This document shows, in pieces, positions 32,055 to 41,636 of a stretch of DNA of 64,000 bases (position 1 is its first letter; every line of letters begins with the position of its first letter). The notes beneath the pieces are model-generated. The model searched no databases, was not told the origin of the DNA, and saw only the letters and a program-made list of their open reading frames with translations. A program made the translations under genes and the position numbers. The DNA comes from Acholeplasma sp. CAG:878 (GTDB lineage Bacteria > Bacillota_I > Bacilli_A > RF39 > UBA660), in assembly GCA_000432255.1 (NCBI GenBank), contig HF989926.1, positions 65 to 64,064 on the forward strand, in the 5' to 3' direction.

Positions 32055-33284
32055 ATGAAAAAAAAATACAAAGTTTTTAATATAGTAGTATTTATTATTG
32101 GGGTTTTGGTAGTCTCTTTCGCTATATTTTTCATATTTAAAAAAGAGGAACCTAAAAAATTAATTGATTTTAAAGGTATGACATTAGAAGAAGTTTTAAA
32201 ATACGCAAATGAAAATAAAATAACGATTAATAAAACTTTTTCTAATGATGATACCATTTTAAAAAATTATGTAATATCACAAAGTGTATTGCCAAATACA
32301 AAACTTACTGAAGGACAAGTTGTCGATATAGTAGTGTCTATAGGACCAGATTATGCCAAATACAAAGTTGATGAATTAGGATTTGTCCCAATTATGATGT
32401 ATCATGGAATTCATGATAAAAAAAATAGTGAAACAGAATATACTGGTGGGAATATCGATTATGCAGGTTATCAAAGAACAACAGAAGCATTTAGAAATGA
32501 TTTAGAATTCTATTATAAAGAAGGATATAGAATGATTAGACTAAACGATTATATAAATGGCATAGTTGATGTAGAACTAGGTAAAAGTCCTATCGTTTTA
32601 ACATTTGATGATGGATTAGAGAATAATATCAAAGTGACAGGGTTAGATAGCGATGGTAATATAATAATTGATCCTAATAGTGCGGTTGGAATTTTAGAAG
32701 AATTTAAGAAAAAATATCCGGATTTTAATGTAACTGCAACATTTTTTGTAAATGGTGGATTATTTAATCAAAAAGAGTACAATGAAAAAATTCTTAATTG
32801 GCTAGTTAATAATGGTTATGATGTTGGAAACCACGCGTATAGTCATCCAGATTTTACTAAAATAAGTGGTGAGGCAAGCATTAAAGAAGTGGGAAGTGTT
32901 TATAAAATGCTTGATGAAATTATTCCAGGAAAATATGTTAAAATTGTTGCTATGCCTTTCGGCTCACCATATAGTACTAGTCATGAAAATTTTAAACATA
33001 TAATGAGTGGTAACTATAATGGATATGAATATGAAACAGAAAGTGCATTAAGAGTTGGTTGGGAAAGTGAAAAATCTCCTTATTCTTCTTCATTTAATAA
33101 AATGTTTTTAAAAAGAATTAGAGCATATGATAATAATGGAAAAGAATTTGATATTGAAATGAACTTTAAAAGATTAAAAGACACTAGATATGTATCTGAT
33201 GGAAATAAAGATACAATAACAATTTTAGATGCAGATGAAAAATATTTAGGAGAAACTTATAATTTAGAAGTTATAAAATATTGA
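32055..33284 (+). CDS. Membrane-anchored PASTA-domain + polysaccharide deacetylase (NodB) protein; first gene of the pilus-like operon
   Basis: TM helix, then a PASTA-like domain (LIDFKGMTLEEVLKYANENKITI...VVDIVVSIGP), then NodB motifs (LTFDDG, HAYSHP). GGTGG lies upstream of the ATG at 32055. Confidence 0.7.
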   Translation: MKKKYKVFNIVVFIIGVLVVSFAIFFIFKKEEPKKLIDFKGMTLEEVLKYANENKITINKTFSNDDTILKNYVISQSVLPNTKLTEGQVVDIVVSIGPDYAKYKVDELGFVPIMMYHGIHDKKNSETEYTGGNIDYAGYQRTTEAFRNDLEFYYKEGYRMIRLNDYINGIVDVELGKSPIVLTFDDGLENNIKVTGLDSDGNIIIDPNSAVGILEEFKKKYPDFNVTATFFVNGGLFNQKEYNEKILNWLVNNGYDVGNHAYSHPDFTKISGEASIKEVGSVYKMLDEIIPGKYVKIVAMPFGSPYSTSHENFKHIMSGNYNGYEYETESALRVGWESEKSPYSSSFNKMFLKRIRAYDNNGKEFDIEMNFKRLKDTRYVSDGNKDTITILDADEKYLGETYNLEVIKY

Positions 33285-33332
33285 TTTAAGGTTAAAAATA
33301 ATTTATAATGATATAAAAGGTAGTTGGTGAAG

Positions 33333-34826
33333 ATGAATAAACGCGGATTTACATTAGTAGAATTAATAGGAACAATTGTAATATTACTTGTTTTAAGTTT
33401 ATTAGTTTTTCCTAATTTATTAAATTTAATTAAAAATTCAAAAAAAGATATAAGTACTTCAACTAAAGATTTTATATATGGACAAGCAAAGTCATATATA
33501 TATGATAATGTTAATGGTTATACTTTAAAAGAAGGAAATATTTATTGTATAGGGTTGAAAGATTTAGTAAGTAAAAATTATTTAAATACTCCATTAAAAG
33601 ATGCTGAATCTGGAAATGATATCGATTTAAGTAAGCAAATAGAGGTAAAAGTTAACAATAATGATTATAGTTATGAATTAGTTGAGACCTGTACTCCTAA
33701 AAGTTATTACACTGACAATAGTGGTGCAAATACGCCTAAATTATTTAATAATATGGTACCAATCAAATACGAGAATAATAAATGGTTAGTAGCTGATTTA
33801 TATTCAAAATGGTATGATTATAATTCTAAACAATGGGCAAATGCAATAGTATTAAATAGTGGAGTTACTAAAAATGTAGGGGATGAAGTAACAGAAGAAG
33901 AAATATCTTTATGGTATGTATGGGTTCCAAGATATAAATATACTATATTTAATGGAAACAAAGGAAATGTTTCTGAACAATTAATCAACATAACCTTTGA
34001 AAATGGAGTAGATAAAACAGGGACATTAAGATGCAATGATAATGCAGATGGAAGTGAAACATGTACTGATAATACATATGGAAGTATAGTAAATGGAAAA
34101 AGTACATACACACATCCAGCATTTAAATTTGGTAATACTAATTTAACTGGATTCTGGGTAGGAAAATTTGAAGTGAGTGGAAGTACAAGTACAATCACAG
34201 TTAAACCAAATGTAACAAGTTTAAGAAATCAAACAGTATCAAGTTTCTTTACAGCCATTCAAAATGTAAAAACAACATATGGAATAAATAATGCAGATTC
34301 ACATATGATGAAAAATATGGAATGGGGAGCAGTAGCATACTTAAAACAAAGTAAATATGGACTAGGAACAACAGATATAGCAGTTAATACAAATTCAAGT
34401 TATTATACTGGTGGAGGAACAAGTGATGCATATAAAACAAATGTTGCTCAGTCAACAACGGGAAATATCTATGGAGTATATGATATGAGTGGTGGCGCTT
34501 GGGAATATGTAATGGGTAATTACAATGATACTATAAGTTCTTCGGGCTTTAGTTCAATGCCGGATAAAAAGTACTATAATAAGTATACAAGTAGTACTGG
34601 AAAAATGGGCGATGCCACTATGGAAACGTTAAAGACTTCTGGTACTTATGGTGGAGGAGATGGATGGTATTCAGATTTTACAAAATTCCCACCAACTAAT
34701 GGTCAATGGTTTTATCGTAGTGGTGGCAATAGTGATGCAAAATATGCTGGTGTATTCTATTTCTATAGTTCTGGTGGTCAATCAATTAAAACAATTTCAT
34801 CTCGTGCAGTTTTATCTGCTCAATAA
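33333..34826 (+). CDS. Prepilin-type (N-terminal cleavage/methylation) protein, 497 aa, with C-terminal FGE-sulfatase/SUMF1-like (C-type-lectin fold) domain
   Basis: The leader MNKRG|FTLVELIGTIVIL has Gly at -1, Phe at +1 and Glu at +5, followed by a hydrophobic helix. The C-terminal motifs NMEWGAVAYL, IYGVYDMSGGAWEYVMGNY, WFYRSGGNS and SSRAVLS match remembered FGE-sulfatase signatures. Confidence 0.7.
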   Translation: MNKRGFTLVELIGTIVILLVLSLLVFPNLLNLIKNSKKDISTSTKDFIYGQAKSYIYDNVNGYTLKEGNIYCIGLKDLVSKNYLNTPLKDAESGNDIDLSKQIEVKVNNNDYSYELVETCTPKSYYTDNSGANTPKLFNNMVPIKYENNKWLVADLYSKWYDYNSKQWANAIVLNSGVTKNVGDEVTEEEISLWYVWVPRYKYTIFNGNKGNVSEQLINITFENGVDKTGTLRCNDNADGSETCTDNTYGSIVNGKSTYTHPAFKFGNTNLTGFWVGKFEVSGSTSTITVKPNVTSLRNQTVSSFFTAIQNVKTTYGINNADSHMMKNMEWGAVAYLKQSKYGLGTTDIAVNTNSSYYTGGGTSDAYKTNVAQSTTGNIYGVYDMSGGAWEYVMGNYNDTISSSGFSSMPDKKYYNKYTSSTGKMGDATMETLKTSGTYGGGDGWYSDFTKFPPTNGQWFYRSGGNSDAKYAGVFYFYSSGGQSIKTISSRAVLSAQ

Positions 34827-34918
34827 CAAATACAAACTGATAAAATATTTTATCAGTTTTAATATTGCTAAAAATAAACATTTATTGTATAATTAAATGA
34901 GAATAAGGAGTGGTTTAG

Positions 34919-36517
34919 ATGGTATTAAGAAAGCCGTATGCCTTTTTTATAAAACATTTTAAGCTAATACACTTAATATTAGCAGTTTTATGTATTTATT
35001 CAACAGTACAAACACATAAATTATATACTTTTTTCAGTGATTATATTTATAAAACAGTTAATGTTATAGGACAAGACCTAGTTGGTTCATTATATACTGG
35101 TTTTATGACTTTCGGACCGATTTTAATAATTATATTAACAATTACAATAATGGTTATAATGATTGTAAAAGAAAAACCATTTACATTTTATATAATAAAT
35201 ATATTAATATTTATATATGTAATAATTATTTCACAAGTATGTCAATCTACACTATATGATATGCAAATATCCTTGTTAGATATAAGAGCAATCAGAATAG
35301 TAAGAGATTTAACTTTGGTTAGTTTTGTAATGCAAATAATAAGTTCTATTATTATTGGAATTAGAGGAACAGGCTTTGATGTTAAGAAATTTGATTTCGG
35401 ACAAGATTTACAAGATTTAGAAATAGATGAAAGTGATAGAGAAGAATTTGAAGTTGATTTTTCAGTTGATAGAAATAAAACAAAAAGAAAATTAAAATAT
35501 CAAATTAGGAAGTTAAAATATATTTTCAAAGAAAATAAATTAGCATTTATAGTAGTTACAGTATTTATATTATTAGTAACAGGAGGTTTAACTTATTATT
35601 ATATAAGTACAAGACCTAGGGTTTTAAATCAAGGCGAATTATTTAGAGGAAATGGTCTAAGTTTATCAATTGAAAATAGTTATTTAACTAGATATGATTA
35701 TAAAGGACAAGAAATAGAAAAAGATTTTTCTTTTCTAGTTTTACAAATTAAAGTACTTAATTTAAGTAAATATCAAAATACTCTTCCATTTGCAACATCA
35801 AAAATCGTTATAGGTTCTTATTCATACACGCCAACTTTAAATTATGAAGAGTATTTATTTGATTTTGGTAATATTTATAAAAATGAAAATATAGGTGAAG
35901 AATATACTTATAAAACTTTAATATATAAAATTCCTACTTTACTAACTGATGAAGAAATATTGTTTAATTATGTTAATAAAGTAAATTCAAAAGAAAAATT
36001 CTTTAAAGATGAAGTTAAAATAAGATATATTGATTTAGATAAAGAAAAAGATAAAAAAACTTATGAATTAGGTGAAGAAATTAGTTTTGAAGACTTACCT
36101 TTTAAAAATTATAAAATTAAAATTGATTCTTATGAAATTAAACCTTCGTTTAAATTAGAATATAACTATTGTTATAAAAAGGAATGTACTAAATCATATG
36201 AATATGTAAAACCTAGTATAGTAAGCAATTATGATAAAGTTTTATTAAAATTAAAAGGAACTTATAATTTGAGTGATGAAGTAAATATCGAAGGCGTATA
36301 TGATATTTATGATTTAATTGATAAGTTCGGTTATTTAAAATATGAATTAAATAATGAAGTTAAAACTCAAAATGTTAAATTTAAGGAAGTTACTAGTAAT
36401 AAAGCTAAAGAGATGGATACATACTATATAGAAGTATTAAAAGAATTACAAAATGCTTCAAAGATATCTTTAATTATTAAAATTAGAAATCAAACTTACG
36501 AATATACTTTAAAATAA
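34919..36517 (+). CDS. Polytopic membrane protein with large extracytoplasmic C-terminal domain (532 aa), function unknown
   Basis: About five predicted TM helices in the first ~230 aa, then a beta-rich soluble domain. RBS AAGGAG lies upstream. Confidence 0.6.
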   Translation: MVLRKPYAFFIKHFKLIHLILAVLCIYSTVQTHKLYTFFSDYIYKTVNVIGQDLVGSLYTGFMTFGPILIIILTITIMVIMIVKEKPFTFYIINILIFIYVIIISQVCQSTLYDMQISLLDIRAIRIVRDLTLVSFVMQIISSIIIGIRGTGFDVKKFDFGQDLQDLEIDESDREEFEVDFSVDRNKTKRKLKYQIRKLKYIFKENKLAFIVVTVFILLVTGGLTYYYISTRPRVLNQGELFRGNGLSLSIENSYLTRYDYKGQEIEKDFSFLVLQIKVLNLSKYQNTLPFATSKIVIGSYSYTPTLNYEEYLFDFGNIYKNENIGEEYTYKTLIYKIPTLLTDEEILFNYVNKVNSKEKFFKDEVKIRYIDLDKEKDKKTYELGEEISFEDLPFKNYKIKIDSYEIKPSFKLEYNYCYKKECTKSYEYVKPSIVSNYDKVLLKLKGTYNLSDEVNIEGVYDIYDLIDKFGYLKYELNNEVKTQNVKFKEVTSNKAKEMDTYYIEVLKELQNASKISLIIKIRNQTYEYTLK

Positions 36518-36551
36518 TAAAAAAATATGCTATAATTGAAGGGAGTTAAAT

Positions 36552-37196
36552 ATGAAAAAAATATTATTATTACTTGTATTACTTTGTCTTCCTTATACAA
36601 AAGTTAATGCTTTCTATTGTACTTATCAAGAACAAGCAAGATTAAAAAGCTTAGCTACTAATGTAAATATAAGTTATGATTTCAATGAGAGTAATAAAAC
36701 TTTTACTTTTAACTTAATTAATTTAAATAAGGATTTGTATTTCATGGATAGAACAGATGATAAGATTTACAATTATACAAAAAATGAAATAAATTTGACG
36801 GGTTACAAAAGTGGACAAAAAGTTAAATTTGAATTTTATTCAGATGTTGAATTTTGTGATAAAGTGTTATATACTTATGTAGTAACACTACCAATATATA
36901 ATCCTTATTACAAAGAAAAAGTTTGCGAAGATGTCCAAAATTATAATTTGTGTCAAAAGTGGAGTAATCATGGTTTAAGTAGAACAGCTTTTATTGAAAA
37001 AGTAAACGAATATAAAAAAACATTAGAAAAACCAAAAGAAGATGAAATAAAAGAGGAAACTAAAAAACATATTTCTCTTTTGACTAATGTAATAGAGTTT
37101 TTAACAAGTTATTATTATATTTTTATAATATTAATAGTTGGTATTATTGTTACAGTAATAATTGTTAAGAATAAGAAAAGTAATATATATAAGTAG
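36552..37196 (+). CDS. Secreted, C-terminally membrane-anchored Cys-containing protein (214 aa), function unknown
   Basis: A signal peptide (MKKILLLLVLLCLPYTKVNA) and a C-terminal TM helix with a basic tail. Confidence 0.55.
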   Translation: MKKILLLLVLLCLPYTKVNAFYCTYQEQARLKSLATNVNISYDFNESNKTFTFNLINLNKDLYFMDRTDDKIYNYTKNEINLTGYKSGQKVKFEFYSDVEFCDKVLYTYVVTLPIYNPYYKEKVCEDVQNYNLCQKWSNHGLSRTAFIEKVNEYKKTLEKPKEDEIKEETKKHISLLTNVIEFLTSYYYIFIILIVGIIVTVIIVKNKKSNIYK

Positions 37197-37205
37197 GAGG
37201 TACCA

Positions 37206-37607
37206 ATGAAAGAATCGTTTTGGGGCGCTATGGTCGTAGGACTTGGACTTGTAGCAATATTCTTTATATACTTTTTTCAATCGGTAACTAATGTTGATGA
37301 ACATAACTACCATTTGTTAAAAGAAGCAACCGAAGCTGCTATGCATGATGCATTAGATTTAGGTTTATATAGAGAAAAAGGAGAAGTTAGAATCGATAGA
37401 GAGAAATTTGTTGAAAATTTCTTAAGAAGATTTGCTGAGAGTGCAACTTTATCTGATAATTATCAAATTGATATTTATGATGTCAATGAAGAACCACCTA
37501 AAGTTACCTTGGTAGTTAAAAGTGGAAAGGATACTGGTTTAACTGGAGAAAAAATGGAATTCACTATTGAAAACAAATTAAATGCAATATTTGAAATACC
37601 ATATTAG
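37206..37607 (+). CDS. N-terminally membrane-anchored small protein (133 aa), function unknown (pilus-assembly accessory?)
   Basis: A single N-terminal TM helix (GAMVVGLGLVAIFFIYFF) and a soluble acidic domain. It is tightly coupled to the flanking genes. Confidence 0.5.
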   Translation: MKESFWGAMVVGLGLVAIFFIYFFQSVTNVDEHNYHLLKEATEAAMHDALDLGLYREKGEVRIDREKFVENFLRRFAESATLSDNYQIDIYDVNEEPPKVTLVVKSGKDTGLTGEKMEFTIENKLNAIFEIPY

Positions 37608-37627
37608 AATAAGAAAGGGATGATTTT

Positions 37628-38497
37628 ATGAATAATGTTTTAGTTTCAATTAAAAGATTTTTTAAAAACAAAAATGTCGTTACAGTATTAGGAGTAATAT
37701 TAATATTAGGTTTATTATATTTTGGTTATAATAGAACTATTAAAGAACAAACAAATCCAGTTAGAATTCCAGTTGCTACACAAACAATTCAACCAAGAAC
37801 TTTAATTACAGATGAAATGGTTACATTTATAAGTGTACCAAAGTCAATGGTATCAGATAACGTATTGAAGGGTACAGGTAGTATTGTAGACAAGTATACA
37901 GCTGTTAATACAGTAATTCCAAAAGGAAGCATGTTTTATTCAGATGTATTAGTTGAAAAAGAAGATTTACCAGATTCAGCATTTGTTGAAGTTCCAGTTG
38001 GACAAACACCATATGCATTATCTGTTACTAGCCAATCAACTTATGGAAATTCAATTTTTCCAGGTAACATTATCGATGTTTATATGAAAGCAACTGATGA
38101 AAATGGACAAATTATTGTAGGTAGATTATTAGAGGATGTTAAAGTATTAGCTGTTAAAGATAATGCAGGTAACAATGTATTTGAAGATACAACAGCCAAT
38201 AGAACTCCATCAACACTATTATTTGGTGTTAATAATGAAACTTACGTATTATTAAAAAGAGCTGAATACTTAAAATCAAAAGGAGTTGAACTATTCCCAG
38301 TTCCTTATGGTGGTAATGTTCAATTAACAGGTAATACTAAAGTTGATAGAGAAGAATTAGTTGAATTAATCGATTCATTAAGTATTGGTTATATAAGTGA
38401 AGATGAATTCCAAGATCAAGTTCAAGACGAAATTGAAAAAAATCAACAAGAACAACAAGAAAATCAAAATAGTCAACAAAATAATGGAGCACAATAA
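37628..38497 (+). CDS. CpaB/RcpC-like pilus assembly protein (SAF domain)
   Basis: N-terminal TM helix, a SAF-like segment (PVRIPVATQTIQPRTLITDEMVTFISVPKS) and a Gln-rich C-terminus. Confidence 0.6.
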   Translation: MNNVLVSIKRFFKNKNVVTVLGVILILGLLYFGYNRTIKEQTNPVRIPVATQTIQPRTLITDEMVTFISVPKSMVSDNVLKGTGSIVDKYTAVNTVIPKGSMFYSDVLVEKEDLPDSAFVEVPVGQTPYALSVTSQSTYGNSIFPGNIIDVYMKATDENGQIIVGRLLEDVKVLAVKDNAGNNVFEDTTANRTPSTLLFGVNNETYVLLKRAEYLKSKGVELFPVPYGGNVQLTGNTKVDREELVELIDSLSIGYISEDEFQDQVQDEIEKNQQEQQENQNSQQNNGAQ

Positions 38498-39573
38498 TGC
38501 ACGAAACATTATTTTCGCAAATTGATTTTGGACCACTATTACCATATTTAAATAGTGATGATGTCACTGATATTTCATACAGTAACAATGGTCAAATATG
38601 GTTAAAAACATTATCTCGTGGTATCTTTAGGGTTGAAAATTCTGAAGTAAATAATGCCATGATGGAAAAACTTGCTTTCCAATGCTCAAACGTTATGGGG
38701 AAAACATTTAATATGGCTCACCCATTCTTGGATTCAGAAAGTCCAGAACTTCGTATGAATTTCGTTCACGAATCAATTGCTACAAATGGTATTGCATGTG
38801 TTATCCGTAAAACACCAGCTAAAATAAGACTTGAAAAAGAAAAAATAATTGCTGAAAAGTATATTACTTTAGATGTTCATGATTTTTTAGTTCAATGTGT
38901 TTTAGGACATTGTAATATAATTGTTTGTGGTGAGACTGGTAGTGGTAAAACGGAGTTTGTTAAATATTTGGCATCTAAAACAAAAGAAAATGAAAAAATA
39001 ATTACAATTGAAGATACTTTGGAACTCCATTTAGATAGAATATTTCCTCATAGAGATATTGTTGCAATGAAAACAAATAATGTTGCTTCATACTCAGAAG
39101 TATTAGTTACTTGTATGCGTCAAAACCCTAAATGGATATTATTATCCGAAGTTCGTAGCGCTGAAGCAGTAACGGCAGTTCGTAACTCAATTTCATCAGG
39201 ACACTATATTTTATCTACAATCCATGCTGACAAAGCATCCGCTATACCTACTCGTATGTATAGTTTGCTTGAAACTAGCCAAGATGTTGAGCAATTCTTA
39301 AAAACAATTCATAGATATGTTCAATTAGGAGTATTAGTAAGAGGTTATCAGGATAAAGTAACAAAAAGGTTTGTTCGTGAAATAGGAGAAGTTACAGAGT
39401 TTTATGTCGATGAAGACAATAACTCAAGATACAATGTTATTTATCAAAAAGCGCCAACTGGTAAAGTAATAAGACATAATCCAACAAAATATTTAATCGA
39501 TTATATTGAAGGACAAGGTGTTACTCTACCAGAAGGGTTTGTTAATCCAGCTTATGATATTAAAGAAGATTAA
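38497..39573 (+). CDS. CpaF/TadA/VirB11-family secretion ATPase
   Basis: Walker A (VCGETGSGKTEF), Walker B with the Asp/His boxes of the T2SS-E/VirB11 superfamily, and a size of 358 aa typical of TadA. Confidence 0.75.
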   Translation: MHETLFSQIDFGPLLPYLNSDDVTDISYSNNGQIWLKTLSRGIFRVENSEVNNAMMEKLAFQCSNVMGKTFNMAHPFLDSESPELRMNFVHESIATNGIACVIRKTPAKIRLEKEKIIAEKYITLDVHDFLVQCVLGHCNIIVCGETGSGKTEFVKYLASKTKENEKIITIEDTLELHLDRIFPHRDIVAMKTNNVASYSEVLVTCMRQNPKWILLSEVRSAEAVTAVRNSISSGHYILSTIHADKASAIPTRMYSLLETSQDVEQFLKTIHRYVQLGVLVRGYQDKVTKRFVREIGEVTEFYVDEDNNSRYNVIYQKAPTGKVIRHNPTKYLIDYIEGQGVTLPEGFVNPAYDIKED

Positions 39574-39586
39574 GGAGGAGTAAAAA

Positions 39587-40489
39587 ATGAATGAGTTTAT
39601 TTTTATAGCAATAGCCTTTATACTAATTTTTATCATTGTATATAGAAAAAATAGTGGTGAAAATGTATATAAGTATATAAGTAGAAATGTAGGACTTATA
39701 TATGAAAAATTTGCTCCTTATTCTTTTAAAATGGTAAGGGAAAAAGTTAAAGAACTAGGACAAGAATATACACCTAGACAATATGCAGTTCAAATAATAG
39801 CCTTTTCCGTAGGTGCGGCAGTTGTATCATATTTATACTTTTATAACTTAGTTTGGTGTATTGTATATATAGCAGTTGCGGTAGCAATTATTCCTTACTT
39901 AGCTTATTTAAGATGTAAAAGATTATATAGTGAATTTATATTTGAACAAATTCAAGTTTATACTACCAACACTATAATGGAATTTGCAACAACTCAAAGT
40001 TTTGTTAAAGCCTTAGAAGGTGTTTATGAATCTGGTGTATTAGAAGACCCAGTTAGAAGCGATGTTAAGATGATGATTGATTTGGCATATAAAAATGGTA
40101 CAATTACTGAATCAGTTGATTATATGAATAGTAGATATGATTATTACATAGTTAGAAATATGCACCAACTATTTACCCAAATTACTAATGAAGGTGCAAG
40201 AGATGCATCTGGTTCGTTAGAAAATATGTCACTTGATATTGATATGTTAGTTGAAGGCGTTTATAGAGATAGAATCGATAGAGCAACATTCCATAAAAAA
40301 TTCTTACAATTTGGTGTTGTATTATATTTAATGATTATGTTAGTTCAGTTCTTACTTGGAACTGAAACATATCTTGAAATGCTTAAAATTTGGTATGTTC
40401 AATTATTACTACACGGAATTATAATTATTAATACATATTTTATCCTTAATGGAGAAAAATTCTATAATGAGAATGTGGGGGCTGAGTAA
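39587..40489 (+). CDS. TadB-like (T2SS-F-family) inner membrane protein
   Basis: Polytopic membrane protein of ~300 aa immediately downstream of the ATPase, as expected for TadB. The sequence match itself was not verified. Confidence 0.5.
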   Translation: MNEFIFIAIAFILIFIIVYRKNSGENVYKYISRNVGLIYEKFAPYSFKMVREKVKELGQEYTPRQYAVQIIAFSVGAAVVSYLYFYNLVWCIVYIAVAVAIIPYLAYLRCKRLYSEFIFEQIQVYTTNTIMEFATTQSFVKALEGVYESGVLEDPVRSDVKMMIDLAYKNGTITESVDYMNSRYDYYIVRNMHQLFTQITNEGARDASGSLENMSLDIDMLVEGVYRDRIDRATFHKKFLQFGVVLYLMIMLVQFLLGTETYLEMLKIWYVQLLLHGIIIINTYFILNGEKFYNENVGAE

Positions 40490-41277
40490 TGTTATTTTTA
40501 GCAATCGGTATAATTTTATTGTTTATAATGTTTTATAATAACTATATTGATACTCAAGGCTTTATTAAAGAAACTCAACCTATATTTGGATTTCTTAAAG
40601 AAAGTGATTATGAATTTTTAGTTAGTGTAAAATATGGTGGAATTGATAAAGTTGATATTAACAAATTATTTGGAATAAGAGTTAGAAACGGTTTATTGGT
40701 AATTGTATTAATGTTATTCTACTTTATTAAAGATTTAAAATTTATCTATATTTTAGTTTCTGTAATAGTAGGATATGTTGTATTTAAATCTTCATATACA
40801 AGTTTAAAATCTTATTACAAAAAGAATTTATATAATATTAATTTAATGTTACCTTACTATTTAAAAAGTTTGGAAATTTTAGTTCAACACTATACTGTTC
40901 CAGTTGCACTATCTCGTTCAATTGAAACAGCACCTGATGTTTTTAAACCAGGCTTAAGAAAATTGGTTGACAGAATAGAAGCTGGAGATTCGACGGTTGA
41001 CCCATATATGGATTTTGCTAAAGAATATCCAGTTAGGGATTCAATGCGTATGATGAGATTGTTATACAGACTAGGGTTGGGAAGTCAAGAAAACAAACAA
41101 GAACAATTAATGATGTTTTCAAGAACTGTATCTAACTTACAAAACAAATCTCGTGAACAAAAATACGCTGAAAGACTTGAAAGAATGGAAAAGAAAACCA
41201 TGATTATGTTATTTGTAACTGGTGGTGGTATACTACTATTAATGTTGTTATCAATGATGATGATGATGAATTATTAA
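40489..41277 (+). CDS. TadC-like (T2SS-F-family) inner membrane protein
   Basis: Polytopic membrane protein of 262 aa, translationally coupled to the preceding gene (ATGA overlap). Confidence 0.5.
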   Translation: MLFLAIGIILLFIMFYNNYIDTQGFIKETQPIFGFLKESDYEFLVSVKYGGIDKVDINKLFGIRVRNGLLVIVLMLFYFIKDLKFIYILVSVIVGYVVFKSSYTSLKSYYKKNLYNINLMLPYYLKSLEILVQHYTVPVALSRSIETAPDVFKPGLRKLVDRIEAGDSTVDPYMDFAKEYPVRDSMRMMRLLYRLGLGSQENKQEQLMMFSRTVSNLQNKSREQKYAERLERMEKKTMIMLFVTGGGILLLMLLSMMMMMNY

Positions 41278-41362
41278 CAATGATTTTACAAAAAAAAATA
41301 AAAAAATGTAAAAATTGTTAAAATTGTGTTATAATAAAGATATACGAGAAGGTGGTGATTAG

Positions 41363-41596
41363 ATGAAAGAAGCTGCTGGAGAAGCAAATATGACAGTTAT
41401 TACAATCATTCTAATTGGAGTTATCGCAGCTATAGCTATTCCACTTGTAAGAAATGCGATGACAAGTACAAGTAAACAAGCTTGTTGTAATAGTGCCGGA
41501 GGTGTTTGGTCAGGAGGAGAATGTGCTGAATTATCTGCTAGTGGCCAAAGCACATATGATGCATGTGTTTCTAAAACTGAAAATGCAGGACAATAA
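41363..41596 (+). CDS. Small Flp-like (atypical) pilin candidate, 77 aa, with 4-Cys C-terminal region
   Basis: A strong RBS GAAGGTGGTG, then a short polar leader ending in Gly (MKEAAG), a ~22-aa hydrophobic segment and the C-terminus CCNSAGGVWSGGECAEL...DACV. It has its own terminator. The Flp EY motif is lacking. Confidence 0.55.
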   Translation: MKEAAGEANMTVITIILIGVIAAIAIPLVRNAMTSTSKQACCNSAGGVWSGGECAELSASGQSTYDACVSKTENAGQ

Positions 41597-41603
41597 TATG
41601 AAT

Positions 41604-41636
41604 CTCGTTTCTTGAAAATAGAAACGAGGTTTTTAT
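41604..41636 (+). terminator. Rho-independent terminator after the small pilin gene
   Basis: CTCGTTTC-ttgaaaata-GAAACGAG hairpin followed by GTTTTT. Confidence 0.8.

Noticed and set aside
31900-32257. Short hydrophobic minus-strand ORFs around the PASTA-deacetylase start
   Set aside because: There is no RBS. They overlap the promoter and start region of the operon's first gene. They are likely non-coding.
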